Shown here: positions 50,689-60,351 of the stretch, one piece after another | How the letters are laid out: every line of letters starts with the position of its first letter | How positions within the stretch are numbered: the stretch's first letter is position 1 | Assembly: GCA_963804785.1 (NCBI GenBank) | Contig: CAWDRR010000002.1 | Span: forward strand, 119,369-183,368 | DNA from: Candidatus Bathyarchaeota archaeon | GTDB taxonomy: Archaea > Thermoproteota > Bathyarchaeia > Bathyarchaeales > Bathycorpusculaceae | Reading direction: 5' to 3' | DNA: 64,000 nucleotides | Program-made: the position numbers and the translations under genes | Notes under the pieces: model-generated | The model's database searches: none | What the model saw: the letters and a program-made list of their open reading frames with translations, nothing else | Told to the model about the DNA's origin: nothing

Positions 50689-51922
50689 TCTTTACGACTC
50701 ACCACGACACAGACAAAAAGAAAGACGCTGAAGGACTACAGCTAAGCGAAGAGCTACTGGCAGCTCTCGCAAAGTTCCAGACAAATCGAGCTGGAAGACT
50801 TCCAGATGGACGTCAAAGAACTGGAAATCCTCTTCGAAGCAGGCGCAGCAGGTCAAATAATGCCCAAACTAAAGCTTCCAACGACAGTTGCAGGCGGCAA
50901 ACCACTGAGCATGTTGCAGGCAGCTTTCTTACCGCCAATCGAAATCTATCCAAACAAAATCGCTGAAGTAAAACTTGGGGCAACAAGAAGCGAAGGCGGA
51001 ACACGCGGAAAATCACTCACCATAGGCGGAGAAGTATCTCCAGCTTTCTACACTTTTGAGCGTCCAATGCCGCACAAACCAGTCATCACCTTAGACGTTT
51101 TCGACATGGAAGTTCCCCTAAGCAAAGCAGTCAAGATGCACGTTAAAGACGTGGTCGGTGACCCAGCAGCTTGGGCAAAACTTGCAGTCGACAAATTCGG
51201 TGCAGACATGGTTACTATGCACTTAATCAGTGTTGACCCACTACTCAAAGACGCATCACCCAAAGACGCATGCAAAACCATCGAGAAGGTCCTGCAAGCC
51301 GTAGATGTACCACTAGTCATCGGCGGATGCGGAGACCCAGTTAAAGACACAGCTGTCTTCGAAGAAGTATGTGCACAATTTCCAGGCGAACGCTTCCTAA
51401 TCAGCTCCGTAACACGCGACATGGATGTCGAGAAATGCGCCAAATTCATCAAGAAAGCAGGCCACGCAATACTCTCATTCACACCAATGGACCTCAACTT
51501 GGCACGTGAACTAAACAGACGCCTCTACGACTATGTTGGCAAGAGAAGACATCATTATGGACTTAACCACCGCAGCACTCGGCTACGGTTTAGACTATGC
51601 ATTTACAAACATGGAACGCGCACGCATGGGCGGCTTAATGGGCGATGCTGAACTGGCACATCCAATGTCCTCAGGCACAACTAACGCTTGGGCAGCAAGA
51701 GAAGCATGGCTTAAAATGTCAGCTGAATGGGAACCACGCGAACTCAGAGGTCCACTTTGGGAAGTAACAACAGCTATAACCCTGTTGCTTGCAGGCGTAG
51801 ACCTATTCATGATGATGCACCCAGCAGCCGTAAAAACACTAAAAGACGTCACAAACTACCTGACAAGCGCCAAGAAAGCAGACCCATCAAAATATTCAAA
51901 CTGGGTCACGGTAAAAGCTTAA
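50685..51922 (+). CDS. cdhD: ACDS delta subunit (apparent frameshifts at ~50781 and ~51534)
   Basis: [49 protein letters not shown]. Confidence 0.92.
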
Positions 51923-51928
51923 GGAGAC

Positions 51929-53365
51929 ATGACTGATATGGCAGAAAAGAAAAAAGGCGGATTAAAAGAACTTAGCCCTATAACCATTTACAAGAGCTTG
52001 CCAAAAACTAACTGCAAAGAATGCGGCCAAGACAACTGCATGGCATTCGCCACAAAAATTGTCAACCGCGAAATCGAACTCGACAGCTGCAAACCACTAT
52101 TCAAACCAGAAAACGCCAAATCATACGCTATACTCAAAGATCTTCTAAAACCCGCAGTCAAAGAAGTCATCGTCGGCGTCGGCGACAAAGCCAAGAAAAT
52201 CGGCGGCAAACTAGTCATGTACCGCCACGAATTCACATACAAGAACCCAACAGCAATCGCAATCGACGTAACTGACGAGATGTCCGATAGCGAAATCGTT
52301 TCACGCGTACAGAAAACAGATAACTTTAGCTTTCGAATACATCGGCAACACCCTAAAACTCGACATGATAGCAGTCCGATGCACTTCCGGAGACGCAGAC
52401 AAATTCAAAGCAGCAGTCAAAAAAGTCTCAGAAACCACCAAGTTACCAATGATACTTATGCACCCTGAACCCAGCAATAGCTGAAGCAGGCTTAATGGCA
52501 GCACCAAAAGCACGACCACTCCTATACGCAGCAAACTCAACAAACTGGAAAGACATGGCAGAACTCGCACTGATGTACAATTGCCCAATAGTAGCTTCTG
52601 CACCAAACGACCTGAACACTCTAGTCTCATTAGCAAAAACCCTGATGGCTTACGGCGTAACAGACATAGTCTTAGACCCAGGTACCTTCACAAACGAAGG
52701 CTTACCAGACACAATCAACAACTTTACAATGCTACGAAGAGCAGCAACCAAAGGCGGCGACGAACTCGCAGGTTTACCTCTACTTGGCGTTCCAATGGTC
52801 GCTTGGGTAGACAAAGGCGACACAGCAGACGACCTAATCAAATGGCGTGAAGCATACATCGCTTCCATGCTCATAGTTCGCTATGCAGACGTACTCATTA
52901 TGCACGGCAACGACGGATGGTGCACTACTGCCAATGACAGTACTACGCCAGAACATCTACACTGACCCACGCAAACCAGTCGCAGTCGCACCAGGACTCA
53001 AAGTCTACGGCACACCAGACGAAAACTCACCAGTACTCTTCACATCAAACTTCGCATTAACATACTACACTGTCGCATCAGACATCGAAAGCAACAAACT
53101 CAACGCCTACCTAATCGTCGTCGAAACAGAAGGCTCAGCAATCGACAGCGGAGTCGCAGGACGCAAACTAACAGCCGAACGAGTCGCAGACGCAATCAAA
53201 GCATCAGGCATAGAAAGCAAAGTAAAACACCGCAAAATCATCATCCCAGGCAAAGCATCACGCATCAGCGGCGAAATCGAAGAACTCAGTGGCTGGAAAG
53301 TCCAAGTTGGACCACGCGACAGTACTGAGATACCTAAGTATCTCATAGAGAAATGGCAACCATAA
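51929..53365 (+). CDS. cdhE: ACDS gamma subunit, corrinoid Fe-S protein (apparent frameshifts at ~52334, ~52458, ~52921)
   Basis: LPKTNCKECG..NCMAFA, RPLLYAA, IYTDPRKP, TSNFALTY, VGPRDS. Confidence 0.92.
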
Positions 53366-53374
53366 GCCATCCAC

Positions 53375-53410
53375 TCTTCTTATTTTATTTTAAATTTTTT
53401 GTTGTTTTAA
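53375..53410 (+). terminator. Oligo-T archaeal terminator after the cdh operon
   Basis: TCTTCTTATTTTATTTTAAATTTTTTGTTGTTTT. Confidence 0.5.
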
Positions 53411-53471
53411 CTCAAAGTAATTCTTTTTTAATTCACTAGTTTCTTGGATTTTGGTAATTTCTAATGGACTT

Positions 53472-53543
53472 AGGCTGGATGGGTGCTAGCTTTGACCCTG
53501 AAGGTAACCCCTTCTGTATGTTGGAACACATGCAAAAGCCCTG
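53472..53543 (+). ncRNA. Candidate structured RNA (four-way junction)
   Basis: GGCT/AGCC closing stem around three hairpins GGGT/ACCC, GAAGG/CCTTC and TGTATGT/ACATGCA; followed by a T tract. Confidence 0.3.
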
Positions 53544-53701
53544 ATATTTTCTTCTTTTTTGTGTTCTCTCTATCTCAAAGTGTCGTTGCTATCAATCTGT
53601 ATTATGTCAAAAATCCCATGGTTTTAACTTAAATTTGTACTAAAAGCGTATAAACCCCTTCTTTCAATCTATGAGCATTTACTGCTGGAAGGGACTGAAA
53701 A

Positions 53702-55183
53702 ATAGGCTGCGGTATCTTTGGCGCAATAAATTATGAAAAACAACCGGTTTTTCCGTATCTTTACTGGGGGTTACGTGCCCAAAATCATCGAGGTCACCAG
53801 TCACATGGTTTCCTCACCAGCAACAACAACGAGTTTTTCACTTACAAAGCCTTGGATTTGGTTCCAAGACTAAAAACCAATTCCATTCATGAATGGTTTG
53901 GACGTCTGCCTGGATCAATCGGTATTGGCAACGTAAGGTACACAACCTCAGGCAAATGCGACGACGTAGCCATAATCGATGGCACCCAGCCTGTCGTTGC
54001 TTCTGTTGACGGCATAAAACTTGCGCTCTCCTTTAACGGCAACATCGTAAACACTTTGCCGCTAAAAAAAGAAATAACTGAAAACTTCACTGATTTCCTC
54101 TACAACTGTGACTCAGATATTGTTTGCCACAAAATGCTTTTAGCTCTAAAACAAGGACAAGACCTAACGTCCGCCGCTCGCACAGTCATGGAAAGTTTAG
54201 ATGGTGCATTTTCCGTAACAGGTATCACTGGAAATGGCGAATTCTTTGCCTTCAAAGACCCACACGGAATAAAACCGTTGTGCGCTGGCCATGACCCTGA
54301 AACGAAAACCTTCGCATTTTCCTCTGAGACTGTAAGCTTGGACATGAACAGTTTTGTACGAGATTTTGAATTGAAACCTGGGGAACTTGTAACAGTTTCA
54401 GAAGAAGGATTCAAACGCACCCAAGTCATTAAGAATTACCGTGAAGCATTCTGCGCTTTTGAATATGCTTATTTTGCAAGGCCAGATTCAAGATTCGACG
54501 GAAAATATGTTTATGAAATGCGCGAAGAATTCGGAAGAAACATCGTGAAAGAGTTTCCAGAAGTCGTCAAAGATGGTGACATTATTATGTCGGTTCCTGA
54601 AACCGGCGATGACTCAGCAATGGGCGTTCATGAAGAATCAGGTTTACGATGGGAACGCGCATCAAGACGTCACCGGTACGTAACCGAACGCGCCTTCATT
54701 CTGCTAAATATGGAACGCTACTCAACAATCGACAAGAAAATTAATATTTTAGGTCCCAAAGTGGATGGAAAACGAGTTATAGTGACAGAAGACAGCATTG
54801 TAAGAGGGGATACAACCAAAGTTATTATAGAAAAAATGCGTAAGGCAGGCGCCAAAAAAGTTTATCTCTTCGTAACTTTCCCACGCATCATCGGTCCCTG
54901 CTTCTATGGCATTGACATGTCGACTTACGGGCAACTTGTAGGTTCAAGAAATAGTGCTGAAGAAATCGCTAAAATCATCGGTGCAGACAGAGTTTGTTAT
55001 CAATCTATTGAGGGATTAATACGTGCGACTGGGCAAACGGAAGAACAACTATGTTTGGCATGCATAACTGGAAAGTATCCGACACCTTGTGCTCAGAAAA
55101 TGGCTAACGTCATGAAGAAACGGTTCCAAGAAGGATATGAAGAAAAAACAAGAATTTACGAATCTGAAGAGGTTCAGCCGTAA
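53702..55183 (+). CDS. purF: Amidophosphoribosyltransferase; probable ATA start
   Basis: (M)GCGIFG, QNHRG, NVRYTT, NGNI, CAFEYAYFARPDS, EDSIVRG, PCFYGID, C-terminal CLAC. Confidence 0.93.
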   Translation: MGCGIFGAINYEKQPVFPYLYWGLRAQNHRGHQSHGFLTSNNNEFFTYKALDLVPRLKTNSIHEWFGRLPGSIGIGNVRYTTSGKCDDVAIIDGTQPVVASVDGIKLALSFNGNIVNTLPLKKEITENFTDFLYNCDSDIVCHKMLLALKQGQDLTSAARTVMESLDGAFSVTGITGNGEFFAFKDPHGIKPLCAGHDPETKTFAFSSETVSLDMNSFVRDFELKPGELVTVSEEGFKRTQVIKNYREAFCAFEYAYFARPDSRFDGKYVYEMREEFGRNIVKEFPEVVKDGDIIMSVPETGDDSAMGVHEESGLRWERASRRHRYVTERAFILLNMERYSTIDKKINILGPKVDGKRVIVTEDSIVRGDTTKVIIEKMRKAGAKKVYLFVTFPRIIGPCFYGIDMSTYGQLVGSRNSAEEIAKIIGADRVCYQSIEGLIRATGQTEEQLCLACITGKYPTPCAQKMANVMKKRFQEGYEEKTRIYESEEVQP

Positions 55184-55221
55184 TCGCTATTAAGCGTTCC
55201 CTTCAATGTCTAAGCTTATAG

Positions 55222-56643
55222 GTGTCTTGGATGGAAAAAATCGGTGTCCTAGTAGTTTCTTATGGCGCACGAGAAGTTGCCATGGCGGATGCTCTTTTAA
55301 GAAGTAAAAACTACCAAGTGGAACTTTACGTCGCCGATAAACAATGCAACCCTTACAACGCTAAAAACGCCACAAAACACGTGGTCATCCCAACCCTTGA
55401 CATAAACGAAATCTGCAAGTTTGCAAAGACAAACAAAGACAAACTCGACTTTGTAATGGTGGGTTCAGAGAAACCAATAATCGAAGGAATCCGCGACCTC
55501 ATCGAGAAGCAAACAGGTATACCCGTAATATGCCCTACCAAAGAGTACGCAATTGAGGAGAGTAAGATTGCCCAGCGATTACTTTTCGAGGAAATTGCCC
55601 CCGATGCAAACCCTCGCTTTAAAATTTTCCATCCTGCTGATTTCAAGGACAAAGACATTCAGAAATCAGTTTATAATTGGCTGGACGAACTGGACAACCA
55701 AGCGGTTGTTAAACCCGATAAACCCGCGTTGGGTAAAGGCGTGGGTGTTTGGGGTGATCACTTCGCAAATCGGGACCAACTTTTTGAGCATTTCATGTCC
55801 AATTTCAAGTATGGGTCAGTTTTAATAGAAGAGAAAATTGAGGGGGAAGAATCCAGTTGCATGGGGTTCTGCGACGGCAAACACTTCATTCCCCTTCCTG
55901 ACACACGCGACTACAAACGCGCCTTCGACGACGACAAGGGACCCAACACGGGTGGTATGGGCTCCTACAAAGACGTAGCCGATTACCTACCCTTCCTCAC
56001 TGCCTCTGAACACGAAAAAGAACTTGCGTTAGCTGACAAGGTTTTCAGGGGATGGAAAACAAAAATCAAAGACGACACAGCGCTAAGAGGTGTCCCATTG
56101 TACCTTGCTTTTATGCACACGGGCAAGGGTATTAAAATCCTCGAAATCAACAGTCGCCCAGGCGACCCCGAAATCATGAACCTTCTTTCAATCATAAAAG
56201 ACGACTTCGTGGACGTATGCCTCAAAATGGTCAAAGGAAACTTAAATGGCGTTGCAATGGAGAATTCGGCGACGGTATTAACCTACAAGGTCCCAGCAGA
56301 TTACGGTGGATACGCCGATGCGTTCCCAGACAAAGCGAATAAACAATCCGTCAACACACCCGTTGATCTCGGCAATGTTGATGAACTTGTCAAAAAATTC
56401 GGAGATAAAATCCGAATATACCCCGGCTCCATGGAGCTACGCGACGGCAAAAACTACGCTCTCAAATCCCGAGCAGTAGGAATCCTGGGCATCGGCGGCA
56501 GCATTGAGGAAGCACGTCAAATCAGTCAAGAAGGAGCCAAAGCAATCATTGGTGGTGCACTCTGGAACCGAACTGATGTTGCCTCAAAGCAACATATCGC
56601 TAAAAGCATCCGGCACATGAAGCAGTTGAGGCAGAAGCTTTGA
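55222..56643 (+). CDS. purD: Phosphoribosylamine-glycine ligase
   Basis: GAREVA, GKGV, IEEKIEGEE, DYKRAFDDDKGPNTGGMGSY, EINSRPGDPE. Confidence 0.93.
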   Translation: MSWMEKIGVLVVSYGAREVAMADALLRSKNYQVELYVADKQCNPYNAKNATKHVVIPTLDINEICKFAKTNKDKLDFVMVGSEKPIIEGIRDLIEKQTGIPVICPTKEYAIEESKIAQRLLFEEIAPDANPRFKIFHPADFKDKDIQKSVYNWLDELDNQAVVKPDKPALGKGVGVWGDHFANRDQLFEHFMSNFKYGSVLIEEKIEGEESSCMGFCDGKHFIPLPDTRDYKRAFDDDKGPNTGGMGSYKDVADYLPFLTASEHEKELALADKVFRGWKTKIKDDTALRGVPLYLAFMHTGKGIKILEINSRPGDPEIMNLLSIIKDDFVDVCLKMVKGNLNGVAMENSATVLTYKVPADYGGYADAFPDKANKQSVNTPVDLGNVDELVKKFGDKIRIYPGSMELRDGKNYALKSRAVGILGIGGSIEEARQISQEGAKAIIGGALWNRTDVASKQHIAKSIRHMKQLRQKL

Positions 56644-57722
56644 AGCGTTTGTTTATCTCCGACTGCGAAGGACCAATTTCAAAAAACGATAATGCCTTTG
56701 AGTTAGCAGAGAACTTTATTCCAAACGGCGACAAATTCTTCACCAACATAAGTCTCTACGATGATGTCTTGGCAGATGTGCTGAAGAAACCTGGTTACAA
56801 TGCTGGTAGCACGCTCAAGTTGATTTTGCCATTCTTCAAAGCGTACAGTATAACGGACAGCCAAATGGAAGTTTTCTCTGCCAAAAATATTGTTCTAATC
56901 GCCAACAGCAAAGCTACACTAGAATACATACAAAGAATTGCTAACTCCTTCATCATTAGTACCAGCTACGAACACTACATCAAAGCCCTCTGCAAAGCAG
57001 TCGATTTTCCATACAAAAACACATATTGCACAAAAGTAAAACTCGACAAATGCCCGATCACGCCCACAAGAAAAAGAGCGCTTAAGAGTGATAGCGCAAG
57101 AAATCGCGCAAATGCCTCCAATAGACATCCCCCCAAATGCAAAAACCATTGAGGTCTTTTCAAACCGCGACCAAACCTTTATCCAGCGGTTGGACGAGAT
57201 TTTCTGGAGCTTAATTCCCACGTTGTTTGTTGGCAAGTTTCTCAACGAAATAATTACCATTGGTGGGGCACAGAAAGCCGAAGCCATCCGCGACATAGTC
57301 AAACATTTAGGCACTAGTTGGAGGATGTGTTGTATGTGGGTGATAGTATAACTGATGTGGAAGCATTCAAACTAGTGCGAACCAACGGAGGCATGGCGGT
57401 CTCTTTCAACGGGAACAGTTATGCAGTGAGGGAAGCTGAGGTTGCTGTTCTGTCGGAAAGTAACCTTGTTACGGCTGTGATAGCTGATTTGTTCTGCAAG
57501 TTGGGTAAAAAACAAACCCTTAAAGCGCTCAGTTCATGGAGTTATGACGTACTTAGCAAAAACAAGATAGATGAAGCTCTACTAAAAAAGCTATCAAAAC
57601 TGTACCCTGATGCGTTGCCCAAAGTTCAAATAGTAACAGCCAAAAATATGGAATCACTAATAAAAGAGAGCAGCGAGTTTAGGAAGAAAGTTCGCGGAGT
57701 AGTCGTTGGGAGACTTGGATAA
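56640..57722 (+). CDS. HAD-superfamily protein, COG4030/EhaR-like (apparent frameshifts at ~57066 and ~57317)
   Basis: FISDCEGPISKNDNA, ISTSYE, YVGDSITDV, SFNGN.YA; TTGA overlap with purD. Confidence 0.8.
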
Positions 57723-58638
57723 ATGCCTAAAACACAAATCGAAGATACTTATGCTGAAGCCTTTACTGGGACTTTATTGTCGGGTAATCGTAACTGCGGA
57801 CGATGAGCCAACTCTACGCAAAGCAGCCGAAGACTCTACTGCGTACGCCATCAGTGGTCATTGGCAGAACAGAGGGAGGAGTCGAAAAATACCTAACTCC
57901 AAGCGAAACACCAGACAAACGCATGGGCGCTATATTGCAGTTCTGGGGAGAAATCAACCCAAAAAAAACCTTCGAGGAATCACTTAAAAAGTTTGAAACT
58001 GAACTTATCTTACCGGATCCGCCAGGATATTCTTGTTAAACCTTTTACAGCAGTCTTCGATGCAATGCCACGAGCTGAAGGTAAGCTTGACATGATGGAG
58101 AGCGTGGGGCACTGCGGCGACGGTTATCGAATGGATAGAAAAACGGTATGGTAGAGACGTCATCGTTGTACCCTTGATGGTTCCAGACTTTGTAATTGAA
58201 CGTTATCTTAGGTTACGCGCCGTGGCGTGATGGGGGGCAACTTTTGGATAATGTGCAAATCAAAACAAGCACTCAAAGAAGCCGGCGCCAAAGCCTTAAA
58301 GGCAATTCATAAAGTGTATGGCGTCGTGAACACCTTTGACATATGTTCCGCTGGCTCCAAACCGGAAACTCACTATCCCAAAATAGGACCTACAACGAAT
58401 CACTTATACTGTCCATCGCTCAAATCTCGCTTAGGCAAAGGAATCCAAGGTTCCAGAAGGCGTCGGGTACATAGCCGAAGTCGTCTTCGACGGTATTTCT
58501 TTGGATGCAGTCAAGGAAGCCACCAAAACAGGAATCAAAGCAGTTTTAGACATTGATGGTGTTGTTCGAGTTTCCGCTGGCAATTACGGTGGCAAATTAG
58601 GCGAATATAAAATTCAATTAAAGGAGTTATTTCCATGA
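57723..58638 (+). CDS. ftr: Formylmethanofuran:H4MPT formyltransferase-like protein (several apparent +1 frameshifts)
   Basis: [69 protein letters not shown]. Confidence 0.85.
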
Positions 58639-59550
58639 CAAAATTTGATGTAGTAGGTTTCGGAGCACTTAACGTTGACATGCTCTTCAAAGTAAACAAA
58701 TTTGCAACCGCTGAAAAAGAAAGCTTCATCGAAGATTATACAGAAGCCTGCGGAGGCTCAGCCGCAAACACGATTGTAGGTTTAGCCAGGCTTGGCTGTA
58801 AAGTTGGGTTCATAGGAAAAGTTGCCGGCGACCGCGAAGGGAAACTGCAGGTCGACTGCTTCAAAGCCGAAGGTGTGGACACCAGCGGAATCGTTGAGAC
58901 ATCAAAGGGTAGGAGCGGTTCAGTGATGGGTTTTGTGGACAAGAACAGGCGCAAGAACCCTCTACATTAACTCTGGCGTCAACGACTTAATCGAACCTAG
59001 AGAAATTAAATACGAATACGTTTCCCAAACCAAACTCATCCACCTGTCATCTTTTGTGGGTGAAAAATCGTTCCGTGCACAAAAAAAACTCTTAAGCGCA
59101 TTGCCTGAAGGGGTCGAAATCAGCTTCGATCCGGGCTCCGTTTATGCACAAAAGGGTTTCGGAGTCATCGAACCCATAATTAAGAACTCTCACGTTTTGA
59201 TGCCTAACGCAGCTGAACTTGAACTGTTAACAGGCGAAGAAGACTTCCGTAGAGGCGCAGATTTCATGATTGGTATGGGCGTCAAGATCGTGGCGGTGAA
59301 ACTTGGAAGCAAAGGCTGCTACGTTACGGATGGCCAAGAGCATCTCAACGTGGAACCCTTCAAAGTTAAAGCACTCGATACCACAGGCGCAGGAGACGCT
59401 TTCAACGCGGGCTTTCTCTACGGTTTAATACACGAAAAAAGCCTCTATGAATGCGGGCAGTTGGGCAATTTTGTTGGTTCCCGAAAGATATTGACTATGG
59501 GTGCCCGGGCAGGGTTACCATATGCTAAAGATTTAGCATACCTTGGTTAG
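58635..59550 (+). CDS. PfkB-family sugar/nucleoside kinase (apparent frameshift at ~58944)
   Basis: GGSAAN, GKVAGD, FDPG, VKLGSKG, DTTGAGDAFNAG; ATGA overlap with ftr. Confidence 0.9.
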
Positions 59551-60351
59551 CTTGTCAATAATGCTTTGGAAGATTAGTTTTCCATCGCCATACTGCATCA
59601 TTTGTTGCTCGCTCGTCCAGTTGGGTTGCTGCCACCAATACATCGCCCTCTCGGGATGTGGCATTAAACCAAAGATGTTTCCTTCTTTGTTGCAGATTCC
59701 AGCGATATCGTAGAATGAACCGTTGGGGCAGAGCGGATACTTGCCGTCAGCAACCTTGCCATTTTTGTCGCAGTACCGGAACACCAACATGTCCTCATCG
59801 ATGAGTTTCTTTAGCAGTGCCTGTTCTTGTTCTTTTGGAAATAGTAATCGTCCTTCTCCATGTGCGATGGGCAAGCTGATGACTTTTCCAGCGGGAATTT
59901 TGCTTGTGAATGCACATTTTCCTTTGTTTTCTTGTTTTAGATAGGTCCATTGACATTTGAAGCCTGCTGGTTCATTTGTTGTTAATGTGGCTTCGGGGTA
60001 GGCGCTCATGCCTTTGAAGCCTGGAAGCAAACCATATTCGACAAGGATTTGGAAACCGTTACATATGCCCAAGATTGGTCTGCCCTCTTCGATGAATTTT
60101 CCCATTTCTTTGGCGAGGTTTGCAGAGAGATGTCTCGCAAAAATCACGCCTGAACGAACGTAGTCGCCGAACGAGAAGCCGCCTGGAAAAACCAGAACAC
60201 TGTAATCCAGCAGGTTTCGGCGTTTGATTAACTCGTTCACATGAACAGATTCTGCTTGGACGCCAAGTTCTTGGAAGGCGCGCTGGGTTTCCGCATCGCA
60301 GTTGGTGCCGCCGACTCGCATTACGCATACTTTGATTTCTTCAGCGTTCAT
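59533..60351 (-). CDS. purQ: FGAM synthase glutaminase subunit
   Basis: GTNCD, PGGFSFGDY, GICNGFQ, AHGEG, MPHPER. Confidence 0.95.
   Translation of the reverse strand: MNAEEIKVCVMRVGGTNCDAETQRAFQELGVQAESVHVNELIKRRNLLDYSVLVFPGGFSFGDYVRSGVIFARHLSANLAKEMGKFIEEGRPILGICNGFQILVEYGLLPGFKGMSAYPEATLTTNEPAGFKCQWTYLKQENKGKCAFTSKIPAGKVISLPIAHGEGRLLFPKEQEQALLKKLIDEDMLVFRYCDKNGKVADGKYPLCPNGSFYDIAGICNKEGNIFGLMPHPERAMYWWQQPNWTSEQQMMQYGDGKLIFQSIIDKLTKVC

Noticed and set aside
47200-53365. Strong A/C-rich composition of the cdh operon as a sign of foreign origin
   Set aside because: More simply explained by codon bias of highly expressed core genes; not quantified.
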